This document shows, one piece after another, positions 8,786 through 16,651 of a stretch of 64,000 bases of DNA. Positions within the stretch are counted from its first letter, which is position 1; each line of letters opens with the position of its first letter. The translations under genes were made by a program, and so were the position numbers. A model generated the notes under the pieces. The model worked only from the letters and a program-made list of their open reading frames with translations. It was not told the DNA's origin and made no database searches. The DNA comes from Nanobdellota archaeon (lineage in GTDB: Archaea > Nanobdellota > Nanobdellia > Pacearchaeales > GW2011-AR1): contig JBBTAN010000017.1 in assembly GCA_038044205.1 (NCBI GenBank), forward strand, positions 104,452 through 168,451, written 5' to 3'.

Positions 8786-9295
8786 ATGGAAAACAGTGTT
8801 GTTAGTTTTCGTGAAGGGGAAACAAGAGACTTTTCTGATGGTGATGTTATGGCCCATGCTCCTGATGGTTGGATTTATGTAAATGGAGTTAAGACAAAGA
8901 AATGGTTTCTTAATTCTATTGAAGATTCTTTTGTTTGGCCTCCTGTCCTAAATGATGTCAAGGCTATTGAAGCTAGACGTTGGAAGGTTATCAATAGAAT
9001 TGAAGATAAGAAGATAAAGAAAATATGGTCAGGTCTTTCTAGTTTTAAGAATGTTCCTCAATCTATTTGGGATATGGTCATTCCTCTAAATAGAAAGAAG
9101 CGTATTTTTAATGACGTTTTTCTTCGGGCAATAAATAATAAATATGGCCTAGTTAAGGCAAAAGAAATGGTTGATAGTAATAAGAATATTCTCAAGGTTA
9201 CTATCAATGGCAGAATTTATTGGTTTGCGATTAAGGATTATATGTTTGTTCGTTTTTACTATCCAGAAGATGTTATTGAATCCGAAGTCATCTAA
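8786..9295 (+). CDS. hypothetical protein
   Basis: 169 aa, strong SD. Confidence 0.65.
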   Translation: MENSVVSFREGETRDFSDGDVMAHAPDGWIYVNGVKTKKWFLNSIEDSFVWPPVLNDVKAIEARRWKVINRIEDKKIKKIWSGLSSFKNVPQSIWDMVIPLNRKKRIFNDVFLRAINNKYGLVKAKEMVDSNKNILKVTINGRIYWFAIKDYMFVRFYYPEDVIESEVI

Positions 9296-9300
9296 ACAAA

Positions 9301-9336
9301 AATAAGGGAGTGATTAAGTTCACTCCCTTATTTTAA
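9301..9336 (+). terminator. rho-independent terminator
   Basis: perfect 13-bp stem AATAAGGGAGTGA/TCACTCCCTTATT plus T-run. Confidence 0.7.
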
Positions 9337-9365
9337 TAGAGGAACAATATAAAAGGAGATAAATA

Positions 9366-9512
9366 TTGAAAAAGATAAAGAAAAATAAAACACTCACTGC
9401 TTTAGAAGTGTATAAAAAACAAAGAAAACCTATGGCACCTGGTTCTTTTTCTTTTGTAGATAAAAAGAAAAAGAATAATATTCTTTCTTGTAGAAAATGG
9501 AAGGGAGAATAA
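9366..9512 (+). CDS. small basic protein (48 aa, TTG start)
   Basis: AAGGAGA SD; stop overlaps next ATG (TAATG). Confidence 0.4.
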   Translation: MKKIKKNKTLTALEVYKKQRKPMAPGSFSFVDKKKKNNILSCRKWKGE

Positions 9513-9793
9513 TGAAGTACATTTTGTCTGATGGTAAGAAGTCAGTTACTTGTAATGAAGATAAGATTTATATTTTTGTTGAGGATTGGTATAATAGTTA
9601 TGAGGATGGTAATGAAATACAATCTGCTGCTATAAGGGCTTATAAAGCCGCATATATTACTTTTCCTAATCCAGGCCCAAATTGTATTGAGGACTGGCGT
9701 GTTAAGATTCACAGATGTGAATATATTTATCATGCTGTTTTGATGAGTGGCCCTATTGCTACAAATAAAATATCTCTTACTGTTGAAGAATAA
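9512..9793 (+). CDS. hypothetical protein
   Basis: SD-proximal ATG; 93 aa. Confidence 0.55.
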   Translation: MKYILSDGKKSVTCNEDKIYIFVEDWYNSYEDGNEIQSAAIRAYKAAYITFPNPGPNCIEDWRVKIHRCEYIYHAVLMSGPIATNKISLTVEE

Positions 9794-10000
9794 AGAAAAA
9801 GGAGTAAGTAAATAAATATTATTTATGTCCCTGCTAACCTGCTAGATGATAGATTGAGACTTATTAGGTTGAAGGCTCAACTTGTTGATAGGTTTCATAT
9901 AGCAGTTGCACAAAATGTTCATAAGTCTATAACTGATAAGTTTTTCTCCACTATTGTCAAAATTCATCTAAAACTCTCTGCATAAAAAGGAATAAAACAA

Positions 10001-10276
10001 ATGCCATATTTCTTTAGATTTTTGAGACGAGAAAATGAAACAGAAAATTCTATTGTTTTTACTTGCCATGATGATAAAGGATGTATGGCTATTGCACTTT
10101 GGCTAGAAAGATCAAAAGAAACAGGTGTTGTACTTGTTTCTGATAGTAAAGGAGATTTCTATAATCCTTTTACTTCTGTGATTCCACTATTGATTAGAGA
10201 TACAATAAAAATGATTTATTTGTGGAAAGGTGAAGTTGTTTCTTGTTCTATTTTTCGTAATAGACTAACTGAATAA
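10001..10276 (+). CDS. tandem-paralog family protein (1 of 3)
   Basis: shares C..(L/I)A.WL..SKETG...(V/I).D..G.FYNPF with next two ORFs. Confidence 0.65.
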   Translation: MPYFFRFLRRENETENSIVFTCHDDKGCMAIALWLERSKETGVVLVSDSKGDFYNPFTSVIPLLIRDTIKMIYLWKGEVVSCSIFRNRLTE

Positions 10277-10290
10277 TAAAGGAATAAAAA

Positions 10291-10554
10291 ATGTTCAAGT
10301 TCACAATATATAAAGACCCTTCACAACCTGATGATTGTCTCATTTATACGTGCGGGGGTAGAGAATGTATTTCACTGGCTGGTTTGCTTAAACTGGCTAA
10401 AGAAACTTGTTATTTTACTATCAATGATCCTACTGGGGCGTTTAACCCATTTGATACTGATGGATATTGGAATATGAATAAATATGAAACAGGTATCTAT
10501 TTGATTAAAGGAAGACAGGTAACTGAAAATATATTCCATGACTCAATAAGATAA
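10291..10554 (+). CDS. tandem-paralog family protein (2 of 3)
   Basis: same family, more diverged. Confidence 0.65.
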   Translation: MFKFTIYKDPSQPDDCLIYTCGGRECISLAGLLKLAKETCYFTINDPTGAFNPFDTDGYWNMNKYETGIYLIKGRQVTENIFHDSIR

Positions 10555-10572
10555 CAAAAAAGGAATAAAAAC

Positions 10573-10881
10573 ATGTTTCTTTTCCGCTTCGAGAAGCTAA
10601 ACGATGATACTTTTGTTTGTTCACTTAACTCTCATAAAGATTGTCTCTCACTTGCTTTATGGCTAAAGAAAAGTAAAGAAACAGGCTATGTCTCTGTTTC
10701 TGATTCTTATGGTTGGTTTTATAATCCTTTTTGGGAAACAGTAAGTAATAAAATGCAATGTTTGGCCCATGAATTAGTTGGATTGAATATCGTTAAAGGG
10801 ACTATAAAAGGAGATGATGATTATGAAAGACTAATTGGAAGAGGTACTGTCGATAAAATAGAATTGACTCCCACTTCCTGA
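10573..10881 (+). CDS. tandem-paralog family protein (3 of 3)
   Basis: same family. Confidence 0.65.
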   Translation: MFLFRFEKLNDDTFVCSLNSHKDCLSLALWLKKSKETGYVSVSDSYGWFYNPFWETVSNKMQCLAHELVGLNIVKGTIKGDDDYERLIGRGTVDKIELTPTS

Positions 10882-10924
10882 TGCCCGGAACAAGAAAATC
10901 AACAGAATCTATTTTCAATTGTAA
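10882..10924 (+). promoter_or_regulatory. TGCCCGGA-class promoter (copy f)
   Basis: octamer 10882-10889, TATT +21..24, GTAAC at +32; 13-bp inverted repeat AGAAAATCAACAG/CTGTTGATTTTCT spans it. Confidence 0.55.
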
Positions 10925-10959
10925 CCTGTTGATTTTCTTTTACTTAAAGGAGAAAATAA

Positions 10960-11193
10960 ATGGTAACTGATGCTGAATATGAGGATATGAAGAAAAGAGA
11001 AAAGGAATATCTGGAATCTGGTGGTAATATCTGTCCTTTTTGTAATTCAGAAGATATAACTGCTGGACCTGTCGAGTTTAATAGTATACAAGGTTTTAGA
11101 GATTGTGAATGTAAGACTTGTAAAGAAGCATGGCAGGAACATTATTCACTGTCTGGTATAAGTGAATATGACAAACAAGGTAATCTAAAGTAA
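10960..11193 (+). CDS. CPFC zinc-ribbon family protein (member 3 of 3)
   Basis: CPFCNS...CKTCKEAWQEHY. Confidence 0.65.
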   Translation: MVTDAEYEDMKKREKEYLESGGNICPFCNSEDITAGPVEFNSIQGFRDCECKTCKEAWQEHYSLSGISEYDKQGNLK

Positions 11194-11202
11194 ATAAAAC
11201 AT

Positions 11203-11276
11203 GCGGGTGTAGCTCAGTTGGCTAGAGCAAAAAGCTTTTAACTTTTAGGCCGTGGGTTCGAGTTCCACCACCCGTA
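11203..11276 (+). tRNA. tRNA-Lys (anticodon TTT)
   Basis: hand fold: GCGGGTG/CACCCGT acceptor, GCTC-AGTTGGCTA-GAGC, AAAAG-CTTTTAA-CTTTT, GTGGG-TTCGAGT-TCCAC. Confidence 0.75.
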
Positions 11277-11353
11277 ATAACATTAAAAAATGTTGTTTAT
11301 TTTTATTATTATTTGTTTAATAATAATATAAACAACTAAAAGGAGAAAAGAAA

Positions 11354-11461
11354 ATGAATATTACTCTTTATCTATCTATTTGTTTCCTTTCAATGTCTAT
11401 TGGATTTGCACTTGGCTGTATTTATTCAGTTCGTACTATGAGGAAAGAGATTGAAAAGTAA
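11354..11461 (+). CDS. 35-aa hydrophobic peptide
   Basis: strong SD; SIGFALGC core, paralog of 11562 ORF. Confidence 0.45.
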   Translation: MNITLYLSICFLSMSIGFALGCIYSVRTMRKEIEK

Positions 11462-11561
11462 TAGAATAGATAGAGAAAATGCAAATCGCGTAAGAACTAT
11501 CTAACTGTGTGTAACTAAACGACACAAATAATATAATAAACAACACAAAAGGAGAAATAAA

Positions 11562-11678
11562 ATGGATATTATTTCTATTTTTTCTTGTTCACTTGCTATT
11601 GGATTTCTTTCTGGTTGTATGTTTACAGCATGGAGATTCAATAAGGCGTTTGATGAGGTAATGGGAAAGGAAAAGTAA
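11562..11678 (+). CDS. 38-aa hydrophobic peptide
   Basis: strong SD; AIGFLSGC core. Confidence 0.45.
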   Translation: MDIISIFSCSLAIGFLSGCMFTAWRFNKAFDEVMGKEK

Positions 11679-11722
11679 AATAAACATTTAACACGAAAGG
11701 AGAAAAATATAGAATAACTCAA

Positions 11723-11766
11723 TGCCCGGAGAAACAAAAAATTCAATTCCGTATTATAGTTTGTAA
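11723..11766 (+). promoter_or_regulatory. TGCCCGGA-class promoter (copy g, +1 nt spacing)
   Basis: octamer 11723-11730, TATT +22..25, GTAAG at +33. Confidence 0.55.
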
Positions 11767-11828
11767 GTCGATACGGTTGTATGTTCAATCGTATCAAAAA
11801 GTAAGTAGAAAGAAAAGGAGAAAGTAAC

Positions 11829-12266
11829 ATGGCTGATACTATTACCGTTGATACTCAGTTTACGAGGGAGCAACTTGAGGGAATGGATCTCGCTACCCTT
11901 GAGGCTATCGCTTCTAAGCTTAGGGAAAATAAGATTTCTGAGCTTAAGGCGCAGAATATTGAACTGGCCGCTAAGGTCTCGGCTAATAACGCCGAGCTTG
12001 TTAAGCTCGGTGGTAAGTCCGACTCTAAGGCTACAGGAACTAAGGTTCCTCGCAATACCCGTGAGGCTATTGTTGCCGTTATTGATGGCGTTTATATGAC
12101 TCCACCTGAGATTGTTGAGAAGATTTGCGCTGGTTCCATTTTCAATCCCGAAGGTATGGATAATAAGAATAAGCTCCTTTATGTCCATACTGAACTTAAT
12201 AACGGCGTTAAGGCTGGTACTATTATCAGGGATGGTAAGAAGTATACTCTTGCCGCTAAGGAGTAA
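11829..12266 (+). CDS. Ala-rich coiled-coil plus C-terminal winged-helix-like (linker-histone/HARE-HTH-like) protein, paralog of 15591..16034
   Basis: GC-rich ORF; shared TREAIVAVIDG...TPPEI...YVHTEL.NGVK.GTI.RDG..YTLA. Confidence 0.6.
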   Translation: MADTITVDTQFTREQLEGMDLATLEAIASKLRENKISELKAQNIELAAKVSANNAELVKLGGKSDSKATGTKVPRNTREAIVAVIDGVYMTPPEIVEKICAGSIFNPEGMDNKNKLLYVHTELNNGVKAGTIIRDGKKYTLAAKE

Positions 12267-12277
12267 ATATAATAATA

Positions 12278-12312
12278 AATACATGGGCCTAAAAACCCCA
12301 TGTATTTTTTTT
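12278..12312 (+). terminator. rho-independent terminator
   Basis: AATACATGGG/CCCATGTATT hairpin plus T8. Confidence 0.65.
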
Positions 12313-12334
12313 ACTATATCTATTTTTTATTCGT

Positions 12335-12377
12335 TGCCCGGACATATAAAAAATCCTTTTTCTATTATAAATCGTAA
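12335..12377 (+). promoter_or_regulatory. TGCCCGGA-class promoter (copy h)
   Basis: octamer 12335-12342, TATT +21..24, GTAAAGGC hairpin starts at +32. Confidence 0.6.
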
Positions 12378-12459
12378 AGGCAATGATGGTAAGCCTTTAC
12401 AAATATATGAATATGTCATTCATATATTTCTTTTTTGTTACCATTGAAAGGGTATTACA

Positions 12460-12780
12460 ATGTCTGAAAGTGAGAACAAGGAGCGCGAGGTTGTTGTCAT
12501 TGCTATCAATGTCAATGTCGCTGTAAAGCAAGCCGTCACTATCTACAAGGCTCTCAGTTGGAGCGCTTGGGATATCTACAACAAGGGAAAGGAAGCTAAG
12601 CGCGTTGGTGATGATGAAACCGCCCGAAGGATGAAGGGCGCTTTCTATCGCTGGATTAAGCCCTGTGATGAAATCCGCCAACAGATTACTAATATCTTCG
12701 GCCAGGAGGAAGCTAATAGACTCCTCGGCCCCGATAACCGAAAGGTTAGGGAAGAGCAGCCTGTTAAGGTTGATGCCTAA
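12460..12780 (+). CDS. hypothetical protein (GC-rich cassette)
   Basis: 106 aa; elevated G+C with spurious ORFs in other frames. Confidence 0.55.
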   Translation: MSESENKEREVVVIAINVNVAVKQAVTIYKALSWSAWDIYNKGKEAKRVGDDETARRMKGAFYRWIKPCDEIRQQITNIFGQEEANRLLGPDNRKVREEQPVKVDA

Positions 12781-12794
12781 AAAGGAGAAATAAT

Positions 12795-13103
12795 ATGTCC
12801 TATCAAGGTTATGAACAGGCAATCTGTGAAAATGGTCATTATTTTCATCTTCCTTGTACTTATGGCCTTGAAAAAGATATGGACGAAGCAAGATGTCCAG
12901 TCTGCAAAGCTAAAGTAGTTTGGTTTAATTCAGTTGACGAAACTATTACTCACCAAACTATTGAACATCCTAAACAAGGGAGAGGTTATGTTGTCCTCGA
13001 AGAAAATATTGAGGAAACATTAGATAAACATGTTAGATATCTTATACCAAAAAATAAAGGAATAACTATCCATAGAATAAAGCGTTCAGAATACACCAAA
13101 TAA
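12795..13103 (+). CDS. zinc-ribbon protein
   Basis: CENGH...CPVCKAKV; strong SD. Confidence 0.6.
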   Translation: MSYQGYEQAICENGHYFHLPCTYGLEKDMDEARCPVCKAKVVWFNSVDETITHQTIEHPKQGRGYVVLEENIEETLDKHVRYLIPKNKGITIHRIKRSEYTK

Positions 13104-13121
13104 ACTAAAGGAGCAAAATTA

Positions 13122-13235
13122 ATGGAACTTTTTGTAAGTATTTGTCTTGGATTAGCATTATATCTTGCTGCTAAAGCTTATATAATTGCTAATGTTGAAA
13201 GAACCATATCCAAAGATAAAGAACTCAAACAATAA
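13122..13235 (+). CDS. 37-aa hydrophobic peptide
   Basis: SD AAGGAG; single TM helix. Confidence 0.4.
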   Translation: MELFVSICLGLALYLAAKAYIIANVERTISKDKELKQ

Positions 13236-13241
13236 ACTAAT

Positions 13242-13275
13242 AAGGCCAAGTATTAATTTACTTGGCCTTTTCCCT
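13242..13275 (+). terminator. rho-independent terminator
   Basis: AAGGCCAAGT/ACTTGGCCTT hairpin. Confidence 0.65.
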
Positions 13276-13298
13276 TTTAGTAGACAATAAAAATACCT

Positions 13299-13341
13299 TG
13301 CCCGGAAACCTACCACCTGTCCTTTTTATTCTAATACGTAA
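13299..13341 (+). promoter_or_regulatory. TGCCCGGA-class promoter (copy i)
   Basis: octamer 13299-13306, TTTATT ending +24, GTAAC at +32. Confidence 0.6.
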
Positions 13342-13377
13342 CCAAAATAAAACACCATTAGCTGAAAAGGAGATTAA

Positions 13378-13629
13378 ATGCCATCATGTATTATGGATTG
13401 TGACCTTTGTGAAACCGTTTGTAAGGAGAGTAATATGAATGAAAGCAATAACCCAGTAACAACCGATAACGGCGACACTGGAGTAGGAACACAAACGAAA
13501 AATTCAGATATGTTCTTTATTCTTAAGTTTAAGGAACATGTCGAAGAATACCAAAAAGAAGCAATAGCACATTTTATTGCTTCTCATTTCGGCAATCAAA
13601 TCAAACTGTCAAAAGCCATAGCCGTTTAA
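13378..13629 (+). CDS. hypothetical protein
   Basis: 83 aa, strong SD. Confidence 0.55.
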   Translation: MPSCIMDCDLCETVCKESNMNESNNPVTTDNGDTGVGTQTKNSDMFFILKFKEHVEEYQKEAIAHFIASHFGNQIKLSKAIAV

Positions 13630-13636
13630 TTTTTTT

Positions 13637-13708
13637 ATTCCTGTGGTGAAACGGATATCATGAGGGACTTCTAATCCCTTGTTCCCAGTTCAAATCTGGG
13701 CAGGAATA
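13637..13708 (+). tRNA. tRNA-Arg (anticodon TCT)
   Basis: hand fold: ATTCCTG/CAGGAAT acceptor, AGGGA-CTTCTAA-TCCCT, CCCAG-TTCAAAT-CTGGG. Confidence 0.7.
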
Positions 13709-13730
13709 ATAAATAAAAAAGGAAAATTAA

Positions 13731-13889
13731 ATGCTCATCAAAGTCGTCCTCGAAAAGGATAGAATTATCCTTATACCGGAAAATAGAACATTTAAGGAAG
13801 GTGGAGAACAAATGAAGTTCTATACAAAGGAAGAGTCACTACCTGACCCAGTGAAAAGTTGGCTATTACGATATGTAAATGATAAGTAA
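13731..13889 (+). CDS. small protein (52 aa)
   Basis: below track cutoff; AAGGAAAA SD directly after tRNA. Confidence 0.4.
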   Translation: MLIKVVLEKDRIILIPENRTFKEGGEQMKFYTKEESLPDPVKSWLLRYVNDK

Positions 13890-13936
13890 AAGAATAATCT
13901 TTTCTTTTACTTATAAACAAAAAAAGGAGAAATAAC

Positions 13937-14179
13937 TTGCCTGATATAACTGAAATCGAATTGTCAATAGAACAGCTAGAAGCTGAACTACTCAAACGAA
14001 AACTCGAAAAGGTTCAACGCTTCATTGATGATAACGCATCAATGGAGAAAAGAATCGCCTCACTTACTCAAAATATAGAATTCAACAAAAAGGCCATTGC
14101 TAAGTTTGAACAAAATATAGCTTTCCTAACCAAAGCTATAGCCAAAAACAAAACCATAATCGAAAACGCAACAAAATAA
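13937..14179 (+). CDS. coiled-coil protein (TTG start)
   Basis: strong SD; heptad-like repeats. Confidence 0.55.
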   Translation: MPDITEIELSIEQLEAELLKRKLEKVQRFIDDNASMEKRIASLTQNIEFNKKAIAKFEQNIAFLTKAIAKNKTIIENATK

Positions 14180-14186
14180 TATAATA

Positions 14187-14220
14187 AAAGACCAAGTATT
14201 TTTACTTGGTCTTTTTTAGT
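14187..14220 (+). terminator. rho-independent terminator
   Basis: AAAGACCAAGTA/TACTTGGTCTTT hairpin plus T-run. Confidence 0.65.
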
Positions 14221-14241
14221 AGACAATCATAAAAATCCCAA

Positions 14242-14284
14242 TGCCCGGACTAAATAAAATCACTCAACCTATTATTTATTGTAA
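14242..14284 (+). promoter_or_regulatory. TGCCCGGA-class promoter (copy j)
   Basis: octamer 14242-14249, TATT +21..24, GTAAC at +32. Confidence 0.6.
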
Positions 14285-14326
14285 CTGATTGATAACCAGT
14301 CACTTACAATAAAAAAGGAGAACAAA

Positions 14327-14590
14327 ATGAATTCAGACCAAAAAGACTCTCCACAAGTCAAACAAATGGAACTTGAAGCTAAATTAATTAAATTTTGCTT
14401 CTTAGAAGCTACTAATATCCACGTAGGAACTGAACACTATCACAAAAACGGAAATAACCTTTTTGTGAAGTTGACAGGAGAAAATTCAATCACTATCGCT
14501 GTTATTCACAATGACAATATAACAGCAATAACTCACTGCTGTCAACCTTATTCCATTGAATGGACTAATTTTGACCAACTCTTTCAATAA
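14327..14590 (+). CDS. hypothetical protein
   Basis: 87 aa, strong SD. Confidence 0.55.
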   Translation: MNSDQKDSPQVKQMELEAKLIKFCFLEATNIHVGTEHYHKNGNNLFVKLTGENSITIAVIHNDNITAITHCCQPYSIEWTNFDQLFQ

Positions 14591-14665
14591 ATAATTTATA
14601 TAAATATAATATATAAACTAATAATTTATATATTATATTTTTTATATTATTTATTTTTTATTTGT

Positions 14666-14708
14666 TGCCCGGAAAGACTATTTTTCCCTTTCCTATTATT
14701 TACTGTAA
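14666..14708 (+). promoter_or_regulatory. TGCCCGGA-class promoter (copy k) upstream of tRNA pair
   Basis: octamer 14666-14673, TATT +21..24, GTAAGG at +32; leader hairpin 14704-14749. Confidence 0.6.
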
Positions 14709-14803
14709 GGGCAAAGACTTTTCCAAAGTTAGGAAAGAACTACCTTACAAATGATACGCAAGTGGTTGATAATGGGGCTTGCGTATCTAAAGTAATCAAA
14801 CAT

Positions 14804-14876
14804 ACGGGGTTAGCTCAGTTGGTAGAGCATCGGATTTTTAATCCGAAGTGCGTGGGTTCGATCCCCACATCCCGTA
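14804..14876 (+). tRNA. tRNA, anticodon loop reads TTT (second tRNA-Lys)
   Basis: hand fold: ACGGGGT/ATCCCGT acceptor, GCTC-AGTTGGTA-GAGC, TCGGA-TTTTTAA-TCCGA, GTGGG-TTCGATC-CCCAC. Confidence 0.65.
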
Positions 14877-14889
14877 ATATAATAAACAA

Positions 14890-14963
14890 GCCCCTGTCGT
14901 CTAATTGGCTTGGATATTAGGTTTTCAGCCTAAAGATTGCGAGTTCAAATCTCGCCAGGGGTA
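14890..14963 (+). tRNA. tRNA-Glu (anticodon TTC)
   Basis: hand fold: GCCCCTG/CAGGGGT acceptor, TTAGG-TTTTCAG-CCTAA, GCGAG-TTCAAAT-CTCGC. Confidence 0.65.
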
Positions 14964-15006
14964 AATAAAATAATTGTTGCATTATGCAACATAAGGAGAA
15001 AAGATC

Positions 15007-15186
15007 ATGGATAAGGCCACTTGTTATTACTGGGAATCCGAAAGCGATCATGGGAATGTTTACGCTTCATCCGATGAGGAAGCAATAAACATAACAAAAG
15101 AGAATGCAAACCTTGTCATTATATACAAAGAAAGCAAAACGGACGATGGACTTCCGTTTATTACCGTTTGGAAATGCCAAAACTAA
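15007..15186 (+). CDS. small protein (59 aa)
   Basis: just below track cutoff; AAGGAGAA SD. Confidence 0.5.
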   Translation: MDKATCYYWESESDHGNVYASSDEEAINITKENANLVIIYKESKTDDGLPFITVWKCQN

Positions 15187-15202
15187 ATAAGGAAAAATAA
15201 AC

Positions 15203-15325
15203 ATGGAGACTATTTTTCTCTACTCTGTAATAGGAGCTTATATAGGAGCCGTAATAGGGTTCATTATAGCTCCTATTATCATAGAAATAGATATATTTCT
15301 CCATGACCTGTGGAACATTTTCTAA
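15203..15325 (+). CDS. 40-aa hydrophobic peptide
   Basis: weak SD; TM helix. Confidence 0.35.
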   Translation: METIFLYSVIGAYIGAVIGFIIAPIIIEIDIFLHDLWNIF

Positions 15326-15336
15326 AAGGAGAAATA

Positions 15337-15420
15337 ATGGCCGAACTAATAACATCCATAGTATTAGCCATTATTTCTTCTGTTTGTATTAAAACATGGG
15401 CAAAGAATATCAATAACTGA
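15337..15420 (+). CDS. 27-aa hydrophobic peptide
   Basis: strong SD AAGGAGAA. Confidence 0.35.
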   Translation: MAELITSIVLAIISSVCIKTWAKNINN

Positions 15421-15439
15421 TAATTTGCCCATCAATATA

Positions 15440-15472
15440 AGAATCAACTACTTGAAGTTGATTCTTTTTTTT
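15440..15472 (+). terminator. rho-independent terminator
   Basis: AGAATCAACT/AGTTGATTCT hairpin plus T9. Confidence 0.65.
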
Positions 15473-15496
15473 TATACCATACTAAATATAATTCGT

Positions 15497-15539
15497 TGCC
15501 CGGAGATATGATTATTGATTTTTTTATTCTATTATGTAA
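15497..15539 (+). promoter_or_regulatory. TGCCCGGA-class promoter (copy l)
   Basis: octamer 15497-15504, TTTATT ending +24, GTAAGCGGTTGAATGGTCAA leader identical to copy m. Confidence 0.6.
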
Positions 15540-15590
15540 GCGGTTGAATGGTCAATCGCAAGACAGTATCAGAAATGAAAGGGGTTTGAC

Positions 15591-16034
15591 ATGGCGAATG
15601 ATGTTGTGGTTACGGATGTTGACGTTGCAGCGCTTGACTCCGACCAGGTTATTGAGCTTATGGCTAAGCTCAATGAGAAGTTGACTGCGGCTAAGGCCGA
15701 GTCGATTGCCAAGCTTAGGGCCGCTAATGTTGAATTGGCCGCTAAGATTGCGGCTAACAACGCGGAAATCGCCAAGCTTGGCGGAAAGACGGAAGCGGCT
15801 AAGGGAAGTAAGGTTAGCCGTCATACGCGCGAGGCTATTGTTGCCGTTATTGACGGCAATTCTTTGACCCCACCTGAAATTGCCAAGGTGATTTGTGTTG
15901 GTCCCATTTTTTATCAGGGAGATATGGATAACGATAAGGTTCTCTCTTACGTCCATACCGAATTGGCGAATGGAGTTAAGAAGGGAACTATTCTCAGGGA
16001 TGGCGATACCTATACTCTCGCCGTCAAGGAGTAA
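15591..16034 (+). CDS. Ala-rich coiled-coil plus winged-helix-like protein, paralog of 11829..12266
   Basis: GC-rich; see 11829 gene. Confidence 0.6.
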   Translation: MANDVVVTDVDVAALDSDQVIELMAKLNEKLTAAKAESIAKLRAANVELAAKIAANNAEIAKLGGKTEAAKGSKVSRHTREAIVAVIDGNSLTPPEIAKVICVGPIFYQGDMDNDKVLSYVHTELANGVKKGTILRDGDTYTLAVKE

Positions 16035-16049
16035 GTAAACAAAACAAAA

Positions 16050-16090
16050 AAGAAAGACCAGGTTAATAACCTAGTCTTTCTTTTTATTTA
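16050..16090 (+). terminator. rho-independent terminator
   Basis: AGAAAGACCAGG/CCTAGTCTTTCT hairpin plus T-run. Confidence 0.6.
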
Positions 16091-16106
16091 TATTTATTTT
16101 ATTTGT

Positions 16107-16149
16107 TGCCCGGAGATAATATATGAGATTTTTTTATTGTTATATGTAA
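16107..16149 (+). promoter_or_regulatory. TGCCCGGA-class promoter (copy m)
   Basis: octamer 16107-16114, TTTATT ending +24, GTAAG at +32. Confidence 0.6.
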
Positions 16150-16200
16150 GCGGTTGAATGGTCAACTACTTACATAAGGCAACTATCAAAGGAGAATCAA

Positions 16201-16545
16201 ATGGCCATTGGAAAGTATTCTGCCCGCAATCGGGAAGCCATGCGGGAAGCGACTCTCCCTGTCAAGATGCGGACATGCTGCATTAGCGGCGAACGTCTCC
16301 CTATTGCCCAGCTTTCCAGGGCGGAATTGACAGTCAATGGCTTGTCAATCGACTTCGGCTATATCCAGAAGGGATATATTAGCCGCTTCGCGGAGTTCTG
16401 CGTTCGCGTCAAGGGGTTGTGGAACCGCAAGATTGCGTCCATGACTCCGAATGAAATGATCGCCCATTTCGGACTTCGCCAGTCCGAAGAAGCCGCTCTT
16501 GCGGCTATGGCGTTCAGGACTGGTCTTATAGCTAAGGCCAGCTAA
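16201..16545 (+). CDS. hypothetical protein (GC-rich cassette)
   Basis: 114 aa, strong SD, about half G+C. Confidence 0.55.
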   Translation: MAIGKYSARNREAMREATLPVKMRTCCISGERLPIAQLSRAELTVNGLSIDFGYIQKGYISRFAEFCVRVKGLWNRKIASMTPNEMIAHFGLRQSEEAALAAMAFRTGLIAKAS

Positions 16546-16551
16546 CCCATA

Positions 16552-16590
16552 AAGAAGACCATGCCTAATAAGCATGGTCTTCTTTTATTA
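16552..16590 (+). terminator. rho-independent terminator
   Basis: perfect 13-bp stem AAGAAGACCATGC/GCATGGTCTTCTT. Confidence 0.7.
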
Positions 16591-16608
16591 TACTTACATA
16601 ATATACGA

Positions 16609-16651
16609 TGCCCGGAAGACATAGCCCATGTTATTTTATTATATTATGTAA
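16609..16651 (+). promoter_or_regulatory. TGCCCGGA-class promoter (copy n)
   Basis: octamer 16609-16616, TTTATT ending +24, GTAAGCC hairpin from +31. Confidence 0.6.
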
